From the NCBI GenBank assembly GCA_934215405.1, contig CAKPZU010000001.1, positions 1-58,383 of the forward strand: a DNA stretch of 58,383 bases. Direction: 5' to 3'. Below the pieces are notes generated by a model. It was not told the DNA's origin and did no database searches. It saw only the letters and a program-made list of their open reading frames with translations. This DNA comes from an uncultured Bacilli bacterium. GTDB lineage: Bacteria; Bacillota_I; Bacilli_A; RFN20; CAG-631. Made by a program: the position numbers and the translations under genes. This document shows, one piece after another, positions 32,311-43,204 of this stretch (position 1 is its first letter; every line of letters starts with the position of its first letter).

Positions 32311-32367
32311 AAGAGGATGAAAACCAATTTTAAATTTCTAATGTAAAATTCGGCCCTTCATCCTCTT
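32311..32367. terminator. Hairpin between convergent genes
   Basis: aagaggatgaa ... ttcatcctctt forms an 11-bp stem with a long 35-nt loop, followed by tttttt. Confidence 0.4.
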
Positions 32368-32434
32368 TTTTGTTAGAGATTATTGAAATTTTTAAAACAA
32401 ATAAGATTTCTAAACATTCATTTACAGATTTTAT

Positions 32435-34481
32435 CTATTGAGTTGCTGAAGTAACATCTTTATTATAGAAGGTTAATGTACCATTTAAATATGTTTCTAT
32501 GTCTTCTAGGACTAAAACTATAATTCCACTTGGTAAAATATAACTACCATTTTTTGTAATGATAGTGGCATTAGTTGGTAAGATGTCAGAGAGCATTCCA
32601 ATGTCTCCATATCCATCCATATTAAGAAGAGCATTACACCCCAAACATCTTGCTTTAGGTTTTGATAAATCCGCTTGACTAATCATGTGAGCTTCAGTTG
32701 ACTCACCAATCACCCCACAATGACATATAGATTGATGAGAAATGCGATCATAATACTTCCAGTCATAACATGAATGAATGTGATTGTAAACTGACAAAGA
32801 TAAATATTCAACATAAGATGTCACTTTATTTATTAAATAGACTTTTATACTATAGTTTTTTGTAACTGTAGATGAATTTATAAATGTACCAATAATTAAA
32901 TTACTATTTTCACCATATTCAGTAGTTTCAACTATCTCATTATTTTCGTCATAAATTTTCACTTGATACTTTGAAATACTAGGAGTATAAATCGTACTAG
33001 ATGGAGATGTAACATTTGAATTTTGAACTAAAAATAAGCAATACTCAATTTCTTTATTCGCATCAATAGATACGTTTTTGGACATGACAGCTGTTGAGGC
33101 ACTAGTTTGAGTTATAATAGACTTTTTAACATAACTAGAAGAATTTAAAATCTCTCTAGTTGCTGCGTAGTTGACTAAACCTGCTCCAGCATAAGTATCC
33201 CAAACGGATGATTGACTTGGTAATTTAGAAGCTCCATTAATTAGTGCAGACATATATACTTCTGGATATTGCATTAATCTTGGAAATTCTTCCATTAATA
33301 ATGCAATTGTTCCAGTGACCATTGGCGCTGCAAAACTTGTTCCGCTCATAGAATTATATGAACTATTATTAGTGTTAGGAATAGAAATGTATTCTCCTGG
33401 AGCAACTAATGATGGTTTCATTAAAGGTCCTTCTATACTTGAATTAACTTTCCAAGAAGAAAAATATGAAATATTTTTATTTCCATCAATTGAACCAACA
33501 CTTAAGGTATTTGTCCCTATACCAGGATTTGTTAAATAATCATCTCTATGTCCTTTATTACCTGCTGATTTGACAATTGTTAAATAATTATTCCATACGA
33601 TATAATCAAGGTAAGCAGAATATCCATCATATTTGCCTTGATTATTAGTAAAGTTATCACTATACATACTTATATTTACAACGTTAACACCTTTTTCTAA
33701 TAGCCAATCAATAGCGTCATTTAGTCCATATGAATTATTAGTTTGATTATATGTATGAATATATAAATCTGCATTTGTGGCAATTCCATATGTTCCACCA
33801 ATAATTGATGCCACTTTAGTTGTATGGTCGCTTGTTGATATAGTATTATAGTCAATTATTTCATTTTTTGAAAAATTTGTTATATTGTCTGGATATCCAA
33901 TATCTATTATCCCAACCTTTATGTTATTCCCTGTGTATGTAGTTGAATCATTTACTTTAATTAAGTCTTTTGCACTATCCATATTAACTATAGTAGAAGA
34001 TGCGGAAGTATTAACATTTGCCTCTGAAGCAGATGATGCCATTCCAAATATTGGTGTTTCTTCTACATAAACACTATCTACATTATCGTTTTTAGAAAGA
34101 TTTTGAAAGTTTTCTTTTTCAATTAAATACGATTCGTAATTATCAAATGTAATAAAAATGAAAGGTGAAAAATCACTTAATTTTATTTTTCCATTTGTTT
34201 TTATGTGTTCTTTAGAAAATAAGTTATTTTTTTCTTGGTAATTTTTCTTATTTTGAGCACGAATTTTCATAATTAATTCTTGATTATATTTTAAATCATC
34301 AGTAAAAGTAATAAGACGTGCATCATTTAACTCTTCATTCAAGGCAACAACAACAGATATTTCATTACTATTTTTATTAACATTGCTACTTTCAATAAAA
34401 TTATCAAATACCTTTTTTTGATTTTAAAGGGATTGACAATAGTAGTAAACTAATACATACTAAAAAATTTTTCTTTATCAT
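32435..34481 (-). pseudogene. Subtilisin-like S8 serine peptidase; the signal peptide is out of frame at an A7 tract
   Basis: Catalytic blocks GIIDIGYPD (D), HTTKVASIIGG (H) and GTSFAAPMVTGTIALL (S). The signal-peptide ORF MIKKNFLVCISLLLLSIPLKSKKGI* (34404..34481) overlaps the main frame, which is open from 34423, across T7 at 34413..34419. One base fewer fuses them (…LKSKKVFDNFIESS…). Confidence 0.75.
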
Positions 34482-34510
34482 TATTATATTCCCCTTGTAT
34501 AATATTTTAA

Positions 34511-35389
34511 TTAGTTCCAATAATATCCTATGGCTACATCTAAATTACCATTAGGAATCTCATTTTTTGGAATAATTACAAAATCTAAATATCTACTTAC
34601 AACCTCGGCTCCACCTCCAACTATTTTTTCTTTAATAGAAAGTTCAAGCCCATCTACTTTGAAATCATAGTATTTTACATCAGCTGTACCACTAGTTTCA
34701 TCTCTTACAACACATAAAACAATATTCTCATCAAATAAATTTCCACTAAAGTAATTAGTTACTACTTCATTTGTTATAGATGCTTCAAATGTATTTTTCA
34801 ATTCTGGAAAAGACACAATAAACTGATATCTTCTTTCACCAGAAAGTAAATTATACTCTTCACCGATGAAAGAAGGCCAATTAGTAACATTACTAAATGA
34901 ATAGCTTTGATAGTAATTTTGTGATATTGAGTCATTCATTATTTCTTTGTCATCTTTGAATATTTTAATACTATCTATTTTATTAACATCATCTTTGCTT
35001 AATTCTAAGAGATGCCACCAATAAACTATTGCATAGTCATCACCGAATTGTTTTGTTTTTACATATACATTAAGAGTTTTAGCTTTAATTTTATAGGCTT
35101 CAATTTCACTTCTACTTCCAGTGCTTGTTTCAACAATTTCGGTAGCTAAAAGAGATTTTGTTTCAAAAAAGGCATCGTTATACTTTTTAGGGGAATCATC
35201 TTTTAATAATGCTACTAAATCATGATGATTATTCACAATATTAAATTGTCCATCAACAACATCTTTTTGATAACTCATTTTAATGTAAGTGGCATTTACA
35301 GTTGAATTAGAACATCCAACAACACCAACGAGGCTAAAGAGAATCACACCAAATATTAAAAATAATTTAATTGTTTTGTTTTTAAACAT
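34511..35389 (-). CDS. Lipoprotein of unknown function, two-domain (possibly PrcB_C-like)
   Basis: Lipobox VVGC. It has two similar halves (ETSTGSRSEIEAYKIKAKTLNVYVK / ETSGTADVKYYDFKVDGLELSIKEK). It lies immediately upstream of, and co-oriented with, the S8 peptidase. Confidence 0.7.
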   Translation of the reverse strand: MFKNKTIKLFLIFGVILFSLVGVVGCSNSTVNATYIKMSYQKDVVDGQFNIVNNHHDLVALLKDDSPKKYNDAFFETKSLLATEIVETSTGSRSEIEAYKIKAKTLNVYVKTKQFGDDYAIVYWWHLLELSKDDVNKIDSIKIFKDDKEIMNDSISQNYYQSYSFSNVTNWPSFIGEEYNLLSGERRYQFIVSFPELKNTFEASITNEVVTNYFSGNLFDENIVLCVVRDETSGTADVKYYDFKVDGLELSIKEKIVGGGAEVVSRYLDFVIIPKNEIPNGNLDVAIGYYWN

Positions 35390-35675
35390 AAAATTAATAC
35401 CCTCCTATTATATTATATTAAATATAAACAAAAAATCCATATAGTATTACCTAAATGGAGCAGTATTATTATTTACATTAAATCCTTAGGTAATTTATAA
35501 GAACTATCAAGGCTGTTAACTTTCATTTATATTGTATCAAATATCGAACAGTATTTCAATCAAAACAAAATCTATACAATAATCACGTATCAATATAAAA
35601 ATAAATATCGGTTGTTTGTTTATTTTTATACATTTTGTTATTTATCGCGAATTTTCAAACTAAATGCTATTTGCT

Positions 35676-36518
35676 TTATTTATTCTTTTGCAAATGCTTT
35701 CTTAGCATTAATTCATAGGCTTTAGGAGAAACACCATAAACTCTTTTAAATTCTATTGAATAGTTTTTAGGATTTTCCCAACCAAGGCTATTAGCTATTT
35801 CAATTATCTTCATTTTTCCAAGCATATTTACAGAATATAAAACCTTCATTTTATTATGATATGAAATAATAGTTTCACCATAATATTTTTTAAACAAATT
35901 ACTAATATACCCTTGTGAAAAGCCAGTTTTTTGAACTATTTCAGTAATAGTTAATTCAACATAATCATAATAAGTTAATCTTAAGTATAAATCATTTAAC
36001 CATTCTGGAGCATTGGCTTTAATGGTTATATCTTTTTCTATTATTTTTTCAATAATATCCATTATAATGCTTTTATAAATAACATCAATTTCTGTAACAT
36101 ATTGCTCTTTATTTAAAAGCATTTGTGAAAGACGAGCAATCTTTTTTTGAAAGATGTTAAATTCTTCAGAGGTTGTTTTATATCTTAAAGGTTCTTTTAT
36201 AGAAAGTATTTTATTATAAAAATCATTACCAAATAAAAAGCATATTTGTTTAAATGTGTCGACCTTAATGTAAATATCACGCCAAACACTATTTTTATTT
36301 GAAAATGATATATCATGTGTTTCGTATGGGCGAATTAAATGAACTTCGCCTTTTGTACATTCATTTACAATACCATTATTAACTGACTGATAGCACATAC
36401 CATTTTCAACTATATTAAACTCAAAAAATGTATGGTTATGTTGCCCCATACATGATGATGGTAAATTAAGTCTTGTGTAAGGATTATTTAAAATTTCATT
36501 TTCATCTAGCGTTCTCAT
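35676..36518 (-). CDS. AraC/XylS-family regulator
   Basis: Cupin-like N-terminus and C-terminal HTH pair (ITEIVQKTGFSQGYISNLFKKYYG, NSLGWENPKNYSIEFKRVYGVSP). It is divergent from locus C. Confidence 0.85.
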   Translation of the reverse strand: MRTLDENEILNNPYTRLNLPSSCMGQHNHTFFEFNIVENGMCYQSVNNGIVNECTKGEVHLIRPYETHDISFSNKNSVWRDIYIKVDTFKQICFLFGNDFYNKILSIKEPLRYKTTSEEFNIFQKKIARLSQMLLNKEQYVTEIDVIYKSIIMDIIEKIIEKDITIKANAPEWLNDLYLRLTYYDYVELTITEIVQKTGFSQGYISNLFKKYYGETIISYHNKMKVLYSVNMLGKMKIIEIANSLGWENPKNYSIEFKRVYGVSPKAYELMLRKHLQKNK

Positions 36519-36706
36519 GTTTCCATTATATTCCAGAAAAAATTAAATTTCAACCTTATTTTTTATATTTCCATAAAAAATATTAAAAAATGGTAGTTTT
36601 TTCAAATATATCGATTTGAAATAAATATAGGGTTGATATACAATAAAATTAAATAATAAATATTTGTTTAATAAAATTAATGCAAATGCTCTTAGGGAGG
36701 AAAAAT

Positions 36707-38061
36707 ATGAAAAACAAAAGAATTCTTCAAGTATTGGCTTTACCATTTATTAGTTTGTTTGCTTTATCATCATGTAATGAAGGGGAAAATTCAAGCTTAA
36801 CTTATGTCGAAAATCATGAAATATATGGTTCCAATGCTACATATGATATTTTTAATAATAAAAAAAATTACAGTTGGCATGTGGGTTACACCACCAGATA
36901 ACTATAGAAGTGATGAATACTTTAAATTAATTGCCGAATCAGGAATTAATATGGTTAATGGCTTTGCTTATTCTGAAAACACTGAAGAAGAAGTCAAAAC
37001 AGTTTTAGAATATTGTGATAAATATAATCTTAATTATTTATTTGCTTCTCTTGAAATTGAAAATGATATAAGAAAGTATAGCCAAGACAAAAATAAGGAG
37101 TACATTGATCATACAATGAATATTATTGATAAATTTGCTTCCTATAAATCATTTGCTGGAGCATTATTTGTTGACGAACCTAATTCCTCATTATTTGATG
37201 CAATCGGTGACTTCTTTACAGTATTTAGGGAAAAATACCCAAATAAATTAGCTTATGTAAATATGCTTCCTCCATATGCATTAGCAGGAACTGGTTATTC
37301 AAGATATGAGGATTATGTAGATGGCTGGTTTAATAAAACTAATTCAACTATTTTCTCTTATGATCATTATCCATTAATAGATGCTAATCCAACACAAGAG
37401 GGTTATTCCTATGAATATCAAGATTATTATTATAGTTTAGATATATTAAGAAATAAAACATTAAATAAAGGCGTACCACTATGGACATTTGCTGCAACGC
37501 TTGGCTATGAGCATCAAAGTGAATATTCAAGAAGGGAACCATCAAGAGAGGATTTACGTTGGACAGTATTTTCAAACTGCTAAAGCCATTCAATATTTTT
37601 GCTTCTTTACTCCAAGCCAGGATTCATTCAATGATGCAATGATTACAAGAGGCGGAGTTAAAACTAAAAGATATGATTATGTAAAAGAAGTAAATAACGA
37701 ATTTAAAAACTATGAAGAAATATTAGTTAATGCTGATGCAATTGGCGTAATGATGAATGATTATAGAAGAAATGGTTATTATTTATATGATGAGCCATTA
37801 CAATCATTTGGCCCAATTAGAAGTGTTGATGGGAATAAGTATTTAATTGGTTGCTTTACTGATAAAGATAATGGTAATAAAACAGTTATGATAACAGCAA
37901 CTACTCCACGTGATGACATTGATATTACATTGAACATGTACAATAACATTACTGAGGTAGAAGCTTATATACAAGGTGTAAAGCAAACATTAAAAGTAAC
38001 TGATGGCAAGTTAAAGCTAAAAATTAATAAAGGCGATAGTGTAGTAATTTCATTTAAATAG
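36707..38061 (+). pseudogene. TIM-barrel glycosidase-like lipoprotein (paralogue of 19727..21169) with two +1 frameshifts
   Basis: RBS agggagg, ATG 36707 and lipobox LSSC. Three track ORFs tile the paralogue in order. The first shift is in A8 at 36860..36867; A7 would read NNKKITVGMWVTPP, compare FLIGNWGVPP. The second shift is in T4 at 37569..37572; T3 would read RWTVFQTAKAIQYFCF, compare AWQVYSS..GILCFQYW. Confidence 0.8.
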
Positions 38062-38073
38062 GGAGGATTTAAT

Positions 38074-39771
38074 ATGAATAAGAAAGTAAGCATTATAAGT
38101 GTAGCAATGCTACTATTAACGCTAACTAGCGTTACATCATGTGATAGAGGGAATCAAGACATTAGTATTAATAATGAAAAAACGCAATTATATGTCGGTG
38201 TTTATGAAGGCGGTTTAAAAAGTGGTAGTTTATATAAAATTGCTGGGGAATTTGAAAAGAAATATGAAAATATCAGCTTTGAAGATTGAAAAACAGGTGT
38301 AGAGGTTGTATTTTTAGAGGGAAGATATGGAAATACAATTACAGACACTATTGCTGATTCACTAGAGGATGTTTATTTTGATACTGCAGCAAGCGCATTA
38401 TATTTACATAGTAATAACCAATTACTTGATATAAGTGAATTATATAACACGCCAATGAATTATGATTTTGTTACTAAAGCAACATCTTCTAATGAATCTA
38501 GTCAAACATTTTATGATTTAGTTAGAAGTGATAGACGTGATTATTATAAAGCAAAGGATGATGGAAAATTCTACGGTTATCCTGGGTATTCACAATATTT
38601 TGGTATTACATATGATATTGATATGTTTGAAGAATATAATCTTTATTTTTCTAAAAATGGCGGTTTTGTAAAGTCAAAGGATGAGCCAAGATCAGCAGGC
38701 CATGATAATGATTTTGAAACAACATTTGATAATGGGCTTCCTCAAACATATGATGAATTTTTCACTTTATGTGATAAGATAGTTTCGCTTAATATGACAC
38801 CTATTATGTGGGGAGGAACTGTTCAAGAATATGTAAACAGCTTACTTACTGCTTTAGCTGCTGATTTTGATGGAAAAGAACAAACTGAGCTAAATTATAA
38901 CTATGATGGAGTAGCTACAAGCTTAGTTAAAGAAATTGATGCAAATGGCAAAATTGTCCTTGACGATGAAGCAACTAAAATCTCTGCGAAAAACGGTTAT
39001 GAATTATATAGACAAGCAGGAAGATACTATGCTTTATCATTCTTAAATAGATTAGTATCTAATAAGGACTATTATAACTATTTGGACGCAACTAGTCCTT
39101 CGTTTTCAAATATTGATGCTCAAGATCAATACTTAGCCTCAAAAAGAAACTCAAGGAAAAGAACAGCTATGCTAATTGAAGGTAGCTGGTGGAATAATGA
39201 AGCATCAGGAACATTTTTATCAATGGCTGCAGAATATGGAGAAAGTGATTCACAAATAAATAGACGTTTTGGAATGCTACCTTTCCCTAAAGCAACTAAA
39301 GAAAAGGTTGGAGAAAAATTTACAACAATAGAAAGAGCAACTGGAGATGGCTTTATTAATGCTAATATTCCAGAATATAAAAAGGATTTAGCCTTAAGCT
39401 TTATTCAACATATGTTTAAAAAAGAATCATATCTTACTTGTCTTTCACTTGATTGTCAAACAAGGGCAGTTGAGTACACTTTAACTGATAATGAATACAA
39501 TTCTTTAAACTCTTGGGCTAAAGCAATGTATGATTTAAAGGAAAATGCAATTACTGCTACAATGTATTCAAATAGCGATATAATGAAATTATATTCATCA
39601 GAATTATGGTATTCTCCAAATTTATGGAATTCAACAGTAAATGGAACAACATATACTTACCCATCAAGAGCAATGATAAATTACCAAATAAGTGCAAAAT
39701 AGTATTTTGAAGGGTTGGCAAAATATATGAATAAAGGAGTATGGGAAAGTAAATTCTCAAGCGTTATCTAA
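38074..39771 (+). pseudogene. CUT1 solute-binding lipoprotein with in-frame TGA and TAG
   Basis: Lipobox VTSC. Track ORFs 38074..38289 and 38455..39702 share one frame with no other stop between them (TGA at 38287..38289). After TAG at 39700..39702 the frame runs 22 more codons (YFEGLAKYMNKGVWESKFSSVI). These resemble the paralogue C-terminus (NNWDEKYLTIK) and end in a TAATG overlap with the permease start. Confidence 0.75.
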
Positions 39772-40694
39772 TGACTAAAAAAGTACATTTAAAGAAAGAT
39801 ACTAAGGATTTAATATTTGTTATTCTTTTAGTAGCTTTACCTTTACTGCAATTCTTTATATTTTATGTTTGTGTTAATATTAACTCAATTCTACTAGCCT
39901 TTAAAAAATATGATATTAATAATAATGTATCATTTGCAGGTTTTGATAATTTTAAGCAATTGTTCATTGACTTTAAAAGTTTTACCCTTTATAAGGTGGC
40001 ATTAAAAAATTCAACACTCGTATTTTTAATTGGCTGTCCTATTTCATTAACATTAGCACTATTATTTTCTTATTATATTTATAAGAAAAACTCTAAGTTT
40101 GCCAACATTTTTAAGATAGTATTATTTTTACCATCAGTAATACCTGCTATTGCACTTGCGACAATGTTTGTTCAAATTACTGATAGTGCTTATCCAAAAT
40201 TAATGCAATTGCTTTTTAATAAGGAAGTATTCGGTCTATTACAAAACCCTAAAAGTACAATAGGAACAATTATTTTTTATAATATTTGGTGTAGCTTTGG
40301 TGTAAATATGCTTTTATTAATAAGTGCAATGTCCTCAATTAATCCATCTATGATAGAAGCCGCTAAAATTGATGGTGTATCATTTTTCCAAGAATTTATT
40401 TATATCACCTTCCCACAAATATTTGGCACTATTAAAACATTATTAATTGTTTCTGTTGGAGGATTCTTTGTAAACTCAGCCTCAATAGTTTCATTTTATG
40501 GAACAACAGCTGATGAAAGCGTTTATACTATTGGTTATTATATTTATAAAGAAACAGTAAACCTATCATTAAATAATTCCCAAGTAGGTGTTCCAAAGCT
40601 TGCGGCATTTGGTATTTTACTTACAGTTATTACATTACCAATAGTTTATTTGCTACGATATGTACTTGAACGCTTTGGTCCAAAAACGAATTAG
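39771..40694 (+). CDS. Carbohydrate ABC transporter permease (MalF-like)
   Basis: EAA loop IEAAKIDGVSFFQEFIYITFP and six TM segments. It has no RBS of its own and starts in a TAATG junction. Confidence 0.85.
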   Translation: MTKKVHLKKDTKDLIFVILLVALPLLQFFIFYVCVNINSILLAFKKYDINNNVSFAGFDNFKQLFIDFKSFTLYKVALKNSTLVFLIGCPISLTLALLFSYYIYKKNSKFANIFKIVLFLPSVIPAIALATMFVQITDSAYPKLMQLLFNKEVFGLLQNPKSTIGTIIFYNIWCSFGVNMLLLISAMSSINPSMIEAAKIDGVSFFQEFIYITFPQIFGTIKTLLIVSVGGFFVNSASIVSFYGTTADESVYTIGYYIYKETVNLSLNNSQVGVPKLAAFGILLTVITLPIVYLLRYVLERFGPKTN

Positions 40695-40705
40695 AGGTGA
40701 TAGCT

Positions 40706-41581
40706 ATGAAAAAAAGAAAAGAAATATCAATAATTTCAATTATTGTTTTTACAATTTTGATTTTATATGTTTTATCATTAATAATTCCTCTATTTTGGTC
40801 TTTAATAACTTCGTTAAAATCAAGAAGTGATTATTTAAACTATCCATTTGGGTTTCCACGTAAGTTAGAATTTAATAATTATGTAATAGCTTTTAATAAC
40901 TATGCTTCAAAAATCGTAGTTAATCATACACCAAAAACTATATATATTGAAGGAATGCTACTTAATTCCTTAATATATTCAATTGGTGGCTCCTTTTTAG
41001 GAACATTAGTAACTTGTATTATGGCTTATGCGGCTAGTCGATTTAAATTTAAAATTGGCAAAGTAATTTATGGAATTGTTATTGTAACTATGGTTCTACC
41101 AATAGTTGGAAGCTTACCTTCAGCGATTCAAATTACTAAAGCATTACATATTTATGATACATATGTAGGTTTATTAATTTTACAATGTAGTTTTTTAGGA
41201 GTACACTTTTTATTCTTTTATGAAGCTTTTAAAAGAGTCCCTAAGGATTTTGAAGAAGCGGCTTATGTTGATGGAGCTAGTAACTTTAAAATTCTATTAA
41301 AGATAATGCTTCCAATGGTAAAAAGTACATTTTTTACAATAATGCTAATAAAATTTGTTGGCTTATGGAACGATTATAATATTACACTTGAATATGTTCC
41401 AAATATTAAAACATTAGCATTTGGATTATATGAATATAGCCATTCATATAAGCAAGAAATATCATCAACTCCAATGAGGCTTGCTGGAGCTAATATATTA
41501 GCAATACCAATTATGATTGTATTTTTATGTTTCCACGAAAAGATTATGGGAGGTTATGCCGATGGTGGCATAAAGGAGTAA
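40706..41581 (+). CDS. Carbohydrate ABC transporter permease (MalG-like)
   Basis: The track start at 40697 is a GTG. ATG 40706 follows agaggtga. EAA loop EEAAYVDGASNFKILLKIMLP. Confidence 0.85.
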   Translation: MKKRKEISIISIIVFTILILYVLSLIIPLFWSLITSLKSRSDYLNYPFGFPRKLEFNNYVIAFNNYASKIVVNHTPKTIYIEGMLLNSLIYSIGGSFLGTLVTCIMAYAASRFKFKIGKVIYGIVIVTMVLPIVGSLPSAIQITKALHIYDTYVGLLILQCSFLGVHFLFFYEAFKRVPKDFEEAAYVDGASNFKILLKIMLPMVKSTFFTIMLIKFVGLWNDYNITLEYVPNIKTLAFGLYEYSHSYKQEISSTPMRLAGANILAIPIMIVFLCFHEKIMGGYADGGIKE

Positions 41582-41584
41582 TAT

Positions 41585-43204
41585 ATGAAAAAAATAAGAA
41601 AAATTTTACTTTTAACGGCTTTGTTTTTTCCTTTTACTTCATGTGAAAGTAATGCAAGCAAAAATGCAACCTTTGAAGTTTTAGAAAGTAATATTCAAAT
41701 GCAACGCTATGAGGAATATACGATAAAAACTAATATTAAAAATGTTGATGAAAGCCAAATAAAATGGTCTAGCTCTTCATTAAAGGTTTGCTCTGTAAAA
41801 AATGGTGTTATTACATCATTATCAACAGGAAGGGCTACTATCACGGCTAAATACAAAGATAGCGTTTATACTACGCAAGTATTAGTTCTAGCCAATACAA
41901 CAGGAAGAGTTTTAACAGTCAGCCAATCAAATATTGTTTTAAATTTAGGTGATGAAACAACTATTACTTCAACGCTAAAAGAAAATGGTGAAGCTAAGGA
42001 TGCTTATATTGTTTATGAATCATCACTTCCTGATGTAATTAGTGTATCAAGTAATGGCGTAATAAAAGCTTTAAAAAGAGGTGGAGCAATAGTATCAGCC
42101 TATACTGTTTATAAGGGTCAAACATTTACTAAGGATATTAAGGTACAATCAGTTTCTATAAGTAGTAAAGCAACTAGCTTTACTTTAGAGGATAAAAATC
42201 ATACAAATACTAGCTTAGAATTAGTTACTAATAATGAAGAGTTAGGATTTAAAGGCGATGAATTAGTTTATAAATATGAAACAAATGGTGGATATACAAG
42301 TAGATTATTTGCTGATAATGCTTATGTAAATAATAGTGCAACTGCCGATAGATTAATCTTTAATATAAAATTTACTGAAATACCAAAAAAAGGAACATCA
42401 TTATATTTAGGCTATAATGAAAATAAAGCTGTTAAAAGTAATGAAAATCTAATAACATCTTCATCAGCTTTATTGTTTTATGATTATAAGGGCAGGATTG
42501 CTGACTATGTTAGAACTAGTAAGATATATACAGTAGTTATTGATTTAAATAAAAATGGAAGTGGTTATCTAAAGGATTCATCTACTATTTATGATTATGG
42601 CTTTTGCTTTAATGATAAAGCGCTAGCTTATGTATCTTCACCAATTTTATGCAGTGAGGATTATCTATATCAATCATTAGAATTTGAAAAAAATGAAGAG
42701 CTTCCTGCACTTAATATGAAATATGCAGAAACTGGACAAGGATTAGATTTAGGTGTTGAAAAGCTACCATATTTTGATAAATATTGGGTCGGATATTCAT
42801 CAGGTACTAGTGAAGAATGGGCTGATTCAATTTGGAACGATAGAGTAATTATAGGTGGCTTATCATATTCAAAGTATCGTGATTATGAATACTATTTAGT
42901 TGATATTGTATTAACAAATACTGATTTTAGAAATATTATAATATGGACTGGCGGTTATTCTTTAAAACTTGATGGAAATAGCAATGTTTCTTCAAGTGAG
43001 GGACAAGTAAAAGAAAACGATTTATATATTTATCAAAATGACACTTTAGTTCCAAGTGGAACGAAGCTAAATATTAACACAGCATACACATTTAAAATAA
43101 GAATACAAAAGGACAATTTAGAAAATGTGGCTTTTGGAATAAGCATTAATAGTGCGACAAAAGATCCTATTTATTTTGCAAATCCAACATTTACTAATTT
43201 ATGA
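41585..43204 (+). CDS. Lipoprotein with two Big_2-like Ig domains and a C-terminal beta-rich domain
   Basis: Lipobox FTSC. VCSVKNGVITSLSTGRATITAKY and VISVSSNGVIKALKRGGAIVSAYT are typical Big_2 strands. Confidence 0.7.
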   Translation: MKKIRKILLLTALFFPFTSCESNASKNATFEVLESNIQMQRYEEYTIKTNIKNVDESQIKWSSSSLKVCSVKNGVITSLSTGRATITAKYKDSVYTTQVLVLANTTGRVLTVSQSNIVLNLGDETTITSTLKENGEAKDAYIVYESSLPDVISVSSNGVIKALKRGGAIVSAYTVYKGQTFTKDIKVQSVSISSKATSFTLEDKNHTNTSLELVTNNEELGFKGDELVYKYETNGGYTSRLFADNAYVNNSATADRLIFNIKFTEIPKKGTSLYLGYNENKAVKSNENLITSSSALLFYDYKGRIADYVRTSKIYTVVIDLNKNGSGYLKDSSTIYDYGFCFNDKALAYVSSPILCSEDYLYQSLEFEKNEELPALNMKYAETGQGLDLGVEKLPYFDKYWVGYSSGTSEEWADSIWNDRVIIGGLSYSKYRDYEYYLVDIVLTNTDFRNIIIWTGGYSLKLDGNSNVSSSEGQVKENDLYIYQNDTLVPSGTKLNINTAYTFKIRIQKDNLENVAFGISINSATKDPIYFANPTFTNL

